Positions 10,592-20,271 of a stretch of 64,000 bases of DNA are shown here, one piece after another. Origin of the DNA: a virus (lineage: Duplodnaviria > Caudoviricetes); the IMG/VR virus record IMGVR_UViG_3300023119_000004; one strand, written 5' to 3'. Every line of letters begins with the position of its first letter. The first letter of the stretch is position 1. The notes under the pieces are model-generated. The model did not search any database, was not told the DNA's origin, and was given only the letters and a program-made list of their open reading frames with translations. The position numbers and the translations under genes are program-made.

Positions 10592-11290
10592 ATGACTGAA
10601 CTTCAAACACTTTTTGAACAACATAAAGACCCAATTAGTGTACAATACCCTGAACAATTTGATCCTAAATGGGTAATAATGGAAAGTGGTTGGCCTTGCT
10701 TTAGGCTAAGTGCGTTAGATAACCAGCCATGGAAAGAAATGCATAAAGAAGCAGAAGCACTTACAGATAAGTTTTTTTCGCATAGAGAAGATACATATGG
10801 TAAAGGTTGGAAAAGTTTAACAATACACGGACTTAATGATGATACACAAAGTCTTGACACTTACGGTGAGCGTAGTGAAATTATTAAAGAACTAAATTGG
10901 ACATACGTAGCAGATAAGTGTCCTGTAACTAAAAAGTTTTTAACAGATGTTTGGCCTGCAGAATACTTAAACCGTGTACGTTTTATGTTGCTCGAACCCG
11001 GCGGATATATTTTACCACATCAAGATAGGCCAGATACAGAAAAACGTTTAAGTGTTTGTAATATTAGTTTGAATAATCCAGAAGGTTGTAAGTTTATTTT
11101 TAAAGACAAAGGCATTGTACCGTTTGAAGATAATGGTAGTGCATTTTTAATGGATATTTCAAATGTTCATAGTGTTTGGAACAATAGTGATAAGCCTCGC
11201 ATTCATATGATTATACATTATGAGTTGGGTAGACGTATTAGAGATTTTTTCTACGTGCTAAGACAAAGTTACTATACTAATAGAGGGTAA
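10592..11290 (+). CDS. AspH-like 2OG-Fe(II) oxygenase
   Basis: NRVRFM...ILPHQD...HSVWN...PRIHM. Confidence 0.85.
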   Translation: MTELQTLFEQHKDPISVQYPEQFDPKWVIMESGWPCFRLSALDNQPWKEMHKEAEALTDKFFSHREDTYGKGWKSLTIHGLNDDTQSLDTYGERSEIIKELNWTYVADKCPVTKKFLTDVWPAEYLNRVRFMLLEPGGYILPHQDRPDTEKRLSVCNISLNNPEGCKFIFKDKGIVPFEDNGSAFLMDISNVHSVWNNSDKPRIHMIIHYELGRRIRDFFYVLRQSYYTNRG

Positions 11291-11291
11291 C

Positions 11292-12761
11292 ATGAAAGAC
11301 TGGAATAGCATTACAGTAGACAGATACTACGAGAATCTAAACATTGATAACAAAGTTGCAATTGGTATTTTAGATATTTCAAGAGATATACCTAATAAAT
11401 TTTTACAAAAACGTACATTTGACATGACATACTTTTATATTAATCGTATGTTAAAGATGGGTATCTGTAATTATGTAGGATTCCATAATAAAGTAGAAAC
11501 AATACTTGAAGAAGCATTAGCAAAAGGAAAAGATTATGCTATGATTGCTTGTCAAGGGTTACTTTTATATCGAGGTCCAAGTTTAGTGCAGAAAAGTGTA
11601 GAATATGCTGAAAAGAATCCGCAGTTTTTTGTAATAGGGCATATTATGGATAAGAAAAAGCAACACTATCTTACAACAGGTGCTTATCCAGGACTACATA
11701 GACAGTATTTGTTTGTTAACATTGCTAAGTGGGTTGAACTAGGCAAACCAGCATTTGATGAAATAGGTGTATACTGGGATCGTAAGCCAACATTACAAAA
11801 TTATGAACTAAGTGAAGAAACAATTCATAGCAATTACACGCCAGCCTGGATTAAAACAGGTAACGGAGAGTCAAAATATGCTACAACAGCAGACGGAAGT
11901 AACTGGATTGATCTAGCATTACGCAATAACATTACCATAGACAACTTAGATAATGATATGCGTGACTGTAAAGTATTTTTATATCCATACATAGAGTCGG
12001 ATAAACTTGCAGAAGCGTGGGTAGATAAAACTAAAGACGAAGGACTTAATCAAAGTCAAGCCGCTTGGATAAGAAAACTAGCATATCAAGAAGATATTGA
12101 AAAAGATAGGGTATATGCTTTTAACACAGAAACACTTTCAGGTGAAGGTGTGCGTACAAACGGAAAGTATATTGATCATTTCTTTACTGCGGCCGCAGGC
12201 TTTAAGCCTCTTGCTATATTAAATGCCAACGGATTCCATAGGGGCACTACTGTACATTACTTTGATTGGTGTGAAGCAAGTTTAAACTATAAAAAGCACT
12301 TACTTGAAACGTGGGATGGCTATGATTTAGATAAATGGTTATTAGAACACGACTTAGAATATAACTTTAGTTCAACATATAGAGGAAACTACAAGCAATT
12401 CTGGGAACAAGAAATGAAAGAACACGGTGGCAGTTTAGCATTCCAGCGTTTATGGTCACGTTATAAAGAACTAAAACACGAGTTCCATCTTGTTGATATT
12501 GTTAACGAGCCAAACCTATTATTTGACCAAATAAATAATGTACATGGTACAAAAGTATTGTGGACTACAAATATATGGTCCAGCGAAATGTTACATTGGA
12601 ACGTTGAACCAGAGCAATTAGAAGAAAAGTGGAAAGTATTTAGACAACTCATACCTGATGACCTAGTGTTATACGGTCATGATTACATTGGAGTTGATCT
12701 ATATGAAAGTGTAAGAAATGGAAACGCAACAACACACCCAAGATTTCAAACGATATATTGA
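11292..12761 (+). CDS. Hypothetical 489-aa protein with methyltransferase-like C-terminal half
   Basis: FTAAAG...HYFDWCEASL; similar to 2147-2887. Confidence 0.35.
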   Translation: MKDWNSITVDRYYENLNIDNKVAIGILDISRDIPNKFLQKRTFDMTYFYINRMLKMGICNYVGFHNKVETILEEALAKGKDYAMIACQGLLLYRGPSLVQKSVEYAEKNPQFFVIGHIMDKKKQHYLTTGAYPGLHRQYLFVNIAKWVELGKPAFDEIGVYWDRKPTLQNYELSEETIHSNYTPAWIKTGNGESKYATTADGSNWIDLALRNNITIDNLDNDMRDCKVFLYPYIESDKLAEAWVDKTKDEGLNQSQAAWIRKLAYQEDIEKDRVYAFNTETLSGEGVRTNGKYIDHFFTAAAGFKPLAILNANGFHRGTTVHYFDWCEASLNYKKHLLETWDGYDLDKWLLEHDLEYNFSSTYRGNYKQFWEQEMKEHGGSLAFQRLWSRYKELKHEFHLVDIVNEPNLLFDQINNVHGTKVLWTTNIWSSEMLHWNVEPEQLEEKWKVFRQLIPDDLVLYGHDYIGVDLYESVRNGNATTHPRFQTIY

Positions 12762-13386
12762 AACTTGTGAACCTTTAGACTTAGGATTCAAAGTTAAAAA
12801 ATTGTTTGAAGTAGATGTAGAAAAAATACAAGAGTGGTATAAAACTCTTGAAGAAAATTATTCTGATTGGAAGTTTGTTATTGGTGAAAATCATCACGTA
12901 TGGAAGTTTCCTATTGTAGATCCTGAAGCAAAGACAGGACATTACTTGCCAGATGATGCGGCATACTATACACTTTGTTGGAACAGTGATGAACCTGGAC
13001 CTAAACCATTTGAACAAGGATGTGCTAAAGAGGAATATCGTGACAACGATAATGATGAATTAAATCCTCGTAAATGTTTTACAGGATACGGATTAGAACT
13101 TGTAAAGCAATTACCTTTTAAAAGTAAAAAGTGGTTGGTAACAATACATACCCCAGGAACAAAATTAATTACACATCAAGATCAACCTGACAAATTGCGT
13201 GTACATATTCCAATTCATACTAATGAAGATAGTAATTGGATTATTGGAGGCGAAGAATTTCATATGGAACCGGGTTGGGCATATCTTGTCAACACAACTA
13301 TTCCGCATAGTGTAGAAAACAAAGGTAGTACAAACAGAATACACTTGTACGGAAAGGTATGGACTGAAGATGTTAGTAGAATATAG
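12718..13386 (+). CDS. AspH-like 2OG-Fe(II) oxygenase
   Basis: LITHQD...RVHIPI...HSVEN...NRIHL. Confidence 0.85.
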   Translation: METQQHTQDFKRYIETCEPLDLGFKVKKLFEVDVEKIQEWYKTLEENYSDWKFVIGENHHVWKFPIVDPEAKTGHYLPDDAAYYTLCWNSDEPGPKPFEQGCAKEEYRDNDNDELNPRKCFTGYGLELVKQLPFKSKKWLVTIHTPGTKLITHQDQPDKLRVHIPIHTNEDSNWIIGGEEFHMEPGWAYLVNTTIPHSVENKGSTNRIHLYGKVWTEDVSRI

Positions 13387-13837
13387 ATCAAAAGAAAGTT
13401 TTATTACCTATGCAAAGTTTAATGACATAGACGACACAACTGTTGATAATAAAAAAGATTTCTTTATTTGTATTGAGCCGTCAGGCGGCCCACATTGTGA
13501 TCCGTATTTTAAAAGACAACATTCAAACGTTATAACATTAAAGTTTGACGATGTTCCCGAGGACACTCGAAAGTGGGGCGGCGACTTTGATATGTGGTTT
13601 GAAGCAAAAGCAATGCGTGGATACCAGGCAGACGAATTAGTAAAATTTATAAAAACTATTCCTGAAGATGCTAATGTTCATGTTTATTGTATAAAAGGAC
13701 AAGTAAGAAGTAAAGCAGTTGCAGACTTTATAAAAGAAACTTTGTTAAATACTGATGAACAAAAGCCTACACCAGGCGCAGTTAATTCTTATTACTATGT
13801 AAAAGAAATGCTAAGGACAACATGGACAGATACATAA
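13370..13837 (+). CDS. Cys-based (PTP/DSP-like) phosphatase
   Basis: VHVYCIKGQVRSKAVA matches the CX5R(S) P-loop. Confidence 0.7.
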   Translation: MLVEYRSKESFITYAKFNDIDDTTVDNKKDFFICIEPSGGPHCDPYFKRQHSNVITLKFDDVPEDTRKWGGDFDMWFEAKAMRGYQADELVKFIKTIPEDANVHVYCIKGQVRSKAVADFIKETLLNTDEQKPTPGAVNSYYYVKEMLRTTWTDT

Positions 13838-14562
13838 CAGATTACAACCCAGAAGATTTTACACCAGAATTTCTTAATAGTTATGACTGGGATATTATTG
13901 AGTTTAAAGCAACTATTGATATTTCGTTGCTTGAAGATTATTATGATGTACTAAAAACTGATCTAGCACATTTAGAATTTCACTTTGGATTAAAAGAATA
14001 CATTAAAAAAGAAATTTTTGAAATGTGGACTGAAACAAATAGGGTAGGAAACTACGAAGGCAACGTTAGCGGTTGGGGAATATCTTGGCCTGCCGAACGT
14101 AACATTCCTTGTGCAGGAAAACGTCATGTTAATCCTATACATTATCCTGAATTAGAAAAATACGATTTAGATGCCGACGGTGATGGGTTTTATGCTGATT
14201 CTAAAATTATGAGTGTATATAAATTTGGTATAGTAAACAAGATGATTAAAGAGTGGGGCGAACCAGCACTAAGACAGTTACTAGCAATTAAGCATCCACC
14301 AGGCACCCGTGTGCATAATCATCATGATGGATCATATAAGAAGTTGCATATTCCAATGCACTCAAATGATCAAGCACTATTCTGTTTTGGTGAAAACGAC
14401 GAGCGTAAGTATGTAATGAAGCCAGGCAAAATATATATGATTAATCCTATAGTAAATCATAGCACAATTAACAACGGAACCACCGAACGAGTGCATTTTT
14501 TAACTAGAATCGACCCAGAATATGTTACCACCTTCGCTGGGATTACCACGCATATTAAATAA
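13822..14562 (+). CDS. AspH-like 2OG-Fe(II) oxygenase
   Basis: VHNHHD...KLHIPM...HSTIN...ERVHF. Confidence 0.85.
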   Translation: MDRYITDYNPEDFTPEFLNSYDWDIIEFKATIDISLLEDYYDVLKTDLAHLEFHFGLKEYIKKEIFEMWTETNRVGNYEGNVSGWGISWPAERNIPCAGKRHVNPIHYPELEKYDLDADGDGFYADSKIMSVYKFGIVNKMIKEWGEPALRQLLAIKHPPGTRVHNHHDGSYKKLHIPMHSNDQALFCFGENDERKYVMKPGKIYMINPIVNHSTINNGTTERVHFLTRIDPEYVTTFAGITTHIK

Positions 14563-14576
14563 ATATAGTATAGAGT

Positions 14577-15830
14577 ATGGAGAAAAATATGTCAAATGTT
14601 TATTATACAAACGTGCTTGACGACCCTTATTACATTGGAAATGGCACATTTTTGTCAGTAGTTACTAACGGTAAGGTCAGAGTTGAGGGCGAAACCGATA
14701 GAGATTACAACAAAGATGCAGGTGCTAAAGCCGGTCTTTTAAAGATTAACACTGATAACGAAACTGTAAAGTTTATTGATTTTAGTGAGCAAAGTGAAGA
14801 CGGTGACAGATATCGTGCTGTTGCTGTAGTAGGCAAGTATGCTTATGTAATGCGTACACAAAAGAAACACGTAGATAGTATTGTGCGTATGGCTAAAGTT
14901 GACCTTGATACTGACACAGTTGAAATGATTCAAGATAAAGCAATTACTATTCATGGTGTTGAAACACCTAAAACATTCTGCGGTCACTTTAACTTTGGTA
15001 GACCTGTAGTTGTTGGTAAAAAAATTATTTACCCACCATTAAACAGTGGTGTTGTAATCATTTATGATACAGAATCAGAAAAAATGATTGCACGTGATGT
15101 TGCTGACGAAACAGCATCTGTACATTGTACATATATTGAAAAGACTAACGAAGTAGCATTTTTCCCATACGGTAATCCAACAGACCAATTGTTAGTTCTT
15201 TCATTAGACGATTACTCTACTAAATTAGTTACTGCTCCAGTTAAAGGTGCATTCTACGGTGCTATTAGTCGCAACGATAAAATTGTAGGCTTACCATTAG
15301 TAATGGGCGAAACTAAAGAATTACATTTTTGGATTTATGATGGCAATGAAATTACTTCAGTACCTTACGTACTTGAAGATTCAGAAAGTGAAGTTGGACA
15401 ACTTGGTTTCAAGAATGGGGTTATTGTTGACAACAGATTAATTGCACATAGTTCTTGGGAAAAGTGTCAAGAACTAATTGATCTAAATTTAGATACACTA
15501 GAAATTAAAAGAACTAGAACAGATAGATCATTAGGGTCTATGCCTGTTGTAGGTGATAGCATTATGTTAATGCCTTCAGTACAGCATCCATCAATGTCTA
15601 ACATTGCACCAGGTGCAGTATTTGATGTTAACGATTCTGGTGTTACAGAAAGTTTCAATCTAAAAACTAATAACATTTATGTAGGTGTTGCTTCTAAAGA
15701 AACAAATAAAGCAGTAACAGTTCCATTTAGATTTGATTTAGTTGACAATGTTCTTAAGTCAGAGATGTTATTTGTTGATCTGAAAAACAAGGAATCTAAG
15801 CAGATTGCATTTGAGTTAGAAATGGAATAA
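14577..15830 (+). CDS. Repeat protein, predicted beta-propeller
   Basis: Repeats IYPPLN, AFFPYGN, VGLPLV, MLMPSV related to 6699-9084. Confidence 0.45.
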   Translation: MEKNMSNVYYTNVLDDPYYIGNGTFLSVVTNGKVRVEGETDRDYNKDAGAKAGLLKINTDNETVKFIDFSEQSEDGDRYRAVAVVGKYAYVMRTQKKHVDSIVRMAKVDLDTDTVEMIQDKAITIHGVETPKTFCGHFNFGRPVVVGKKIIYPPLNSGVVIIYDTESEKMIARDVADETASVHCTYIEKTNEVAFFPYGNPTDQLLVLSLDDYSTKLVTAPVKGAFYGAISRNDKIVGLPLVMGETKELHFWIYDGNEITSVPYVLEDSESEVGQLGFKNGVIVDNRLIAHSSWEKCQELIDLNLDTLEIKRTRTDRSLGSMPVVGDSIMLMPSVQHPSMSNIAPGAVFDVNDSGVTESFNLKTNNIYVGVASKETNKAVTVPFRFDLVDNVLKSEMLFVDLKNKESKQIAFELEME

Positions 15831-16423
15831 TGCCTGAGAACTTTGAAGTCATTGAATTAGATAACTTCAAGTTTTCGTTGGAAGAATTAGAACATTACTA
15901 TCATACAGTTCAATCAAATTTCAGTTACTTGAAGTGGGCGCCTGACGCTGATACAGACACTAAAGATCATAATGTTAGTGAAGTGTACGGTTGGGCAATC
16001 CAAAGTAATTTAAAAGATCCAAAGAAACCCTGTTCCCCATACGATATTTCTAAAGGTGATGATGTTGTAGGAACGTTTGATGTTCCAACAGAATTAATAT
16101 TTGGATTTGCAGAAAAGTTTTTAAAGGCATTGCCTTTTGTAAGACAAACCGTTATTACTGCTCACCCGCCTGAAACTAAGATAAATTTACATAGTGACAA
16201 TGAAGAATTTTACAAGATTCATATGCCAATAACAGCAAACAATGAATCTATGTTTAATTTTGAAGGTAAAGAATATAATTTGCAACCAGGTAAAGCATAC
16301 TTGATTAATACAGAAAAATTACACGGTACATTTAATAAAGGTGAAACAACTCGTGTACATTTCATTACAAAGTTACGTATTGAAGATATGAATAAAGTGG
16401 TTAACAATGAGTACACAATATAA
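15830..16423 (+). CDS. AspH-like 2OG-Fe(II) oxygenase
   Basis: INLHSD...KIHMPI...HGTFN...TRVHF. Confidence 0.85.
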   Translation: MPENFEVIELDNFKFSLEELEHYYHTVQSNFSYLKWAPDADTDTKDHNVSEVYGWAIQSNLKDPKKPCSPYDISKGDDVVGTFDVPTELIFGFAEKFLKALPFVRQTVITAHPPETKINLHSDNEEFYKIHMPITANNESMFNFEGKEYNLQPGKAYLINTEKLHGTFNKGETTRVHFITKLRIEDMNKVVNNEYTI

Positions 16424-17633
16424 AAAAATATGTATCATAGGAGGCGGAACAACTGGTTGGTGGACCGCAGGATACTTAGAAAATAAATTTCCAGACATTG
16501 AAATTACACTAATCGAAAGCAGTGATATTCCTATCATTGGAGTAGGTGAAAGTACATTGCCTATGATAAAATCATTCTTTGAAAGTTTCGGAATGGATGA
16601 AAAAGAATGGATGCCTAAGTGTGATGCTGTACATAAGTTTGGTAATATAAAACAAGGTTGGGATAAACCAGACGGTGAAGAATTTGCATTTACATTTTGG
16701 TACAACGATAATGATGCATTTAATACTTGGTACAAAGAGTTTGAACAAGGTAAAGTAGATAAGCATAGTATTAATGATCTATATGATCGCGATGCTTGGA
16801 GAGCAGTAGCATATCATTTACACGCAGAAGAAGCCGGGCGTATTGTTAAAGATAATTGTAAACGTGTAAAGCACGAAATTGCAACACTAGATACATTACC
16901 AGAAGGTTATGACTTGTATATTGATTGTACAGGACTTCGTAGACAATTTGTTAAAGACAAAACACTTGCAGATTTATCTGAGCATCATCTAGTTAATAGT
17001 GCTTGGGTTTGTCCGTTTGAACTTGACGAAATGGTTCCGTATACTAGAACAATCGCTAGAGATTACGGATGGCAATTTAAAATTGGACTAACAAGTAGAA
17101 CAGGTACAGGATACTGTTTTGCAGATCAATATGTTGACGATGATACAGCATTAGAACAATTTAAAGAATATACTAAAGAACTAACACCCTGGCAAGACAA
17201 AGAGCCGAGACTAATTAAATGGCAACCTGGGTGGTTAGAAAATGCTTGGCAAGACAACGTAGTTGCTATAGGCATGAGTCAAGGATTTATTGATCCGTTA
17301 GAATCAAATGCATTGTTTATGATACAGCATGGTATTACTACTCTTGCTAATTGCATTGAAAGAGGTTACGGTGCTAGAGCATATAACAAAATGGTTAAAC
17401 GTACCTGGAAAGAAAACAGTGATTATATTCTTCATCATTACGGTTTAAGTTCACGTAACGATACAGAGTTTTGGAAGCATTATTCTAAACTAGACTTTTC
17501 TAAAACTTTATGGGAACACTATGCTAAGACTGGAAACAAATACACTAATTTGTATCCTGATGCTATCTGGGCAACACTTGGCTTATACTACGAAAACTTT
17601 ACTTACTATCAAAATAAGCAGAACGCTGTTTAA
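16407..17633 (+). CDS. Tryptophan-halogenase-family flavin-dependent enzyme
   Basis: IIGGGTTG FAD motif, IGVGEST, CDAVHKFG (catalytic Lys position), FIDPLES. Confidence 0.88.
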   Translation: MSTQYKKICIIGGGTTGWWTAGYLENKFPDIEITLIESSDIPIIGVGESTLPMIKSFFESFGMDEKEWMPKCDAVHKFGNIKQGWDKPDGEEFAFTFWYNDNDAFNTWYKEFEQGKVDKHSINDLYDRDAWRAVAYHLHAEEAGRIVKDNCKRVKHEIATLDTLPEGYDLYIDCTGLRRQFVKDKTLADLSEHHLVNSAWVCPFELDEMVPYTRTIARDYGWQFKIGLTSRTGTGYCFADQYVDDDTALEQFKEYTKELTPWQDKEPRLIKWQPGWLENAWQDNVVAIGMSQGFIDPLESNALFMIQHGITTLANCIERGYGARAYNKMVKRTWKENSDYILHHYGLSSRNDTEFWKHYSKLDFSKTLWEHYAKTGNKYTNLYPDAIWATLGLYYENFTYYQNKQNAV

Positions 17634-18186
17634 AATATTCTTCAACATTTACCCTATACAAGTTTTGTTTTGTAAAGTATAGGTCTATATTTTCATATTC
17701 TAAACTTAATAATTTACGTTTGATTAATAACGGAGTCATCATACTAGTAAGTTTATGACTGCTAGGTGCATCGTTATTTTTATCTATGTTTGTGCTTATG
17801 TAAAGTTTTGCTTGTGGGTCTTGTTTTAATATATCGTTAATTTGTGCTTCTAATAAGTAAGTCCAGTGAACAACACTAGCATATACATCTTTACTAAAAG
17901 TATTAGGATTGTATCCTGGGAGTTGAGCACCGCGGAATAACACACGATACGAGTGTTCGTCTATGTTTAATTTATGATATCCTGCAATAGAATAAATTTT
18001 ACTTTCGTCTAATGCCGCAAACCAAGTAGCAGTATCCCACTTCATTCTTTCTAAAGACTTATTATTTTGTAATCCTAATTTGTTACATTCTTCACAAAAA
18101 TCTTTTACAGAAAAGACATCTACTTCAGAAAGTTTTACTATTCTTCTAGTATCGTTATTAAAAATTGTTCTTCCAAGTTCTTCCAT
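17599..18186 (-). CDS. Hypothetical protein, possibly GNAT-like
   Basis: WFAALDESKIYSIAG...YRVLFRG pattern; weak. Confidence 0.3.
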   Translation of the reverse strand: MEELGRTIFNNDTRRIVKLSEVDVFSVKDFCEECNKLGLQNNKSLERMKWDTATWFAALDESKIYSIAGYHKLNIDEHSYRVLFRGAQLPGYNPNTFSKDVYASVVHWTYLLEAQINDILKQDPQAKLYISTNIDKNNDAPSSHKLTSMMTPLLIKRKLLSLEYENIDLYFTKQNLYRVNVEEYFKQRSAYFDSK

Positions 18187-18826
18187 TAGGCTCTTCTATG
18201 CGTGAGTGAAATTCCATTGTTTCAATATTAAATACATCTCCTGTTGCTCTACCGTTAATATGGCATTGACATAATTTGCCATCAGGAGTTACAGGCATAA
18301 ACATTACATGATCGTCTTTTATTGTGTTTAGATCAAATGATGTACTATTATACCCAATCATTACAGGTGGCGGAAATTCTGTCATACCATACCAATTTGC
18401 TACAGTTTGGACACCACGTTCTTTAAATGCATCTATAAAACTTTGTTCTATTTTGGAACTACCAGTAACCATATAACGGACACAACTCATATCCAACTCT
18501 TTAAAGCCTTTGGTCTTTTGTAACAGTTCTAAATGGCGTGGTATTAAACTAATATACGTCGGTTTAACGCGGTTAAACAGTTCAGGGTAGGTATAGGCAT
18601 TAAAGTTACTAGAAACGTGCTGTGCGCCGCTTAAAAACGCAGGAACGGCGGTGATTGTGTAGTGGGCAATAGTGTTTGCTGGAAACACATCTAATACTCT
18701 ATCGTGTTTGGTTAAACCAATTTCTTTTATACTTTTGGTTGCACATTCTTTTATGTATTCCCAAGAATGGACAACTTCTTTTGGTTGCTCTGTAGAGCCT
18801 GATGTATAGAGTGTAAGTGTGCTCAT
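18158..18826 (-). CDS. Minimal AMP-forming (ANL family) adenylation enzyme
   Basis: YTSGSTEQPK (A3), YGMTE (A5), ATGD (A7) in only 222 aa. Confidence 0.75.
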   Translation of the reverse strand: MSTLTLYTSGSTEQPKEVVHSWEYIKECATKSIKEIGLTKHDRVLDVFPANTIAHYTITAVPAFLSGAQHVSSNFNAYTYPELFNRVKPTYISLIPRHLELLQKTKGFKELDMSCVRYMVTGSSKIEQSFIDAFKERGVQTVANWYGMTEFPPPVMIGYNSTSFDLNTIKDDHVMFMPVTPDGKLCQCHINGRATGDVFNIETMEFHSRIEEPNGRTWKNNF

Positions 18827-18870
18827 ACTCTTACTTAGTTGAAATTTACTTAGGAGTTATTAATGCTGAA

Positions 18871-20238
18871 TTAATAGAAAGCGTTCCAAGCATTACCATC
18901 GTAGTACACTGGATAACTTACTGCACCTGCTTTTGATGCAGGATCCCAACTAGTACCGTCTGCGATTGCAATAATACCTTCACTTGCTGTTGGCTCTGCT
19001 GTTTGTGGAGTTAGTTTAGCAAAACCGTTAACATCTAATGTAGCACTTGCAACATAACCAACTGTTCTGTTAACTGCTAGATAGCCACGTGAGTCATATG
19101 ACATAACATTAAGTGACGGAGCAGAACCTGAACCTGCGTTGTTAATGAATAAGATTTTACCATTAGCAATATCTTGTGCTGGAGTTGTATTTTCGTCAAC
19201 GGTCCAACCAATAATACTTGATGGAACATAGTCACCTACATCTGGATCCCATGCTCGTGAACTTAATGCACCAATGAAGTCACCTGCTGTTGCTCTAACA
19301 GGGTTTTGAATATCACCGTGCTTACTTGAAAAGTTTACTTTAGAAATATTACCAATGTTAGTACCTGCAAGTGTAACTAAGTCTAACGGTGGTGAAGCGT
19401 CAACGTTTGTAATTCTAAATGTAGGTCCAGCAACGTCTGTTTCTTTACCAAGTGCCATATAGTCAACACCGCTAAGTTCAATTTGATTACCATCAAATCT
19501 AACAACACCGTTGTTTAAGGTTACTGTATTTCTTACAGCATCTACTAGTGCAGTAGAGTCATCACCGAAAATAGAACCGTTAACATCACCTGTTAAAGAA
19601 CCTGTAAAACTTGGAGCACTAACAGCACCTGTAAATACACCTGCGCCTGCTGTTACTGCTTTTGATGTAGCATTAAAGAACAATGAATTATCTGTTGCAA
19701 GAACATCACCAGTTAGTTGTCCTGTTGCTGTAATAGCACCTGTTGCTACGTTAACAATTACTGTACTGTCATTGCCAACAACATTGGCATTAATATAACC
19801 TGCTTCAATGCTGTCTGTAACACTAATAAAGTTAGAATAAACACTACCAAATCTGTTAGTTGTAGAACCAACATTTCTTGCACCATCAACATCTGGAATT
19901 AGGCTTGATTCGATTTTAGCCGCAAAGTTAACTGTATCTGTATTTGAATCACCAACTGTGATGTTACCGCCAAGAGTGAAGTTACCGTCAACAGTCATAT
20001 TTCCTGTTGCAGTAATATTACCGTCGATATTGATGTTACCTTGTCCGTCAATATCGTAACCTGATAAGTCTAAGTTTGAGCCTAAAAACTGTCCTGCTGT
20101 ATCTACAGCAATACCACCAGCAGTTGTACCATCACCGATATATAGTCGTTTGGTATCTGTAGTGTATATCAGTTCACCTTCTAAAGGTGTTATTAACTGA
20201 CGTTGTTGATCAGTTCCTCTGCGTAATCTTAAAGCCAT
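18871..20238 (-). CDS. Tail fibre/receptor-binding protein with Mtd-N-like N-terminus
   Basis: MALRLRRGT...LEGELIYTTDTKRLYIGDGTTAGG N-terminus; G/N/D/T-rich beta repeats. Confidence 0.7.
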   Translation of the reverse strand: MALRLRRGTDQQRQLITPLEGELIYTTDTKRLYIGDGTTAGGIAVDTAGQFLGSNLDLSGYDIDGQGNINIDGNITATGNMTVDGNFTLGGNITVGDSNTDTVNFAAKIESSLIPDVDGARNVGSTTNRFGSVYSNFISVTDSIEAGYINANVVGNDSTVIVNVATGAITATGQLTGDVLATDNSLFFNATSKAVTAGAGVFTGAVSAPSFTGSLTGDVNGSIFGDDSTALVDAVRNTVTLNNGVVRFDGNQIELSGVDYMALGKETDVAGPTFRITNVDASPPLDLVTLAGTNIGNISKVNFSSKHGDIQNPVRATAGDFIGALSSRAWDPDVGDYVPSSIIGWTVDENTTPAQDIANGKILFINNAGSGSAPSLNVMSYDSRGYLAVNRTVGYVASATLDVNGFAKLTPQTAEPTASEGIIAIADGTSWDPASKAGAVSYPVYYDGNAWNAFY

Positions 20239-20271
20239 CTAAAGCACTCCTAGTGTTCTTCTATTATATAG

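Noticed and set aside
1-18826. RiPP precursor peptide for the radical SAM cluster
   Set aside because: No short ORF with leader/core character found in the small intergenic gaps; one could lie upstream of the window
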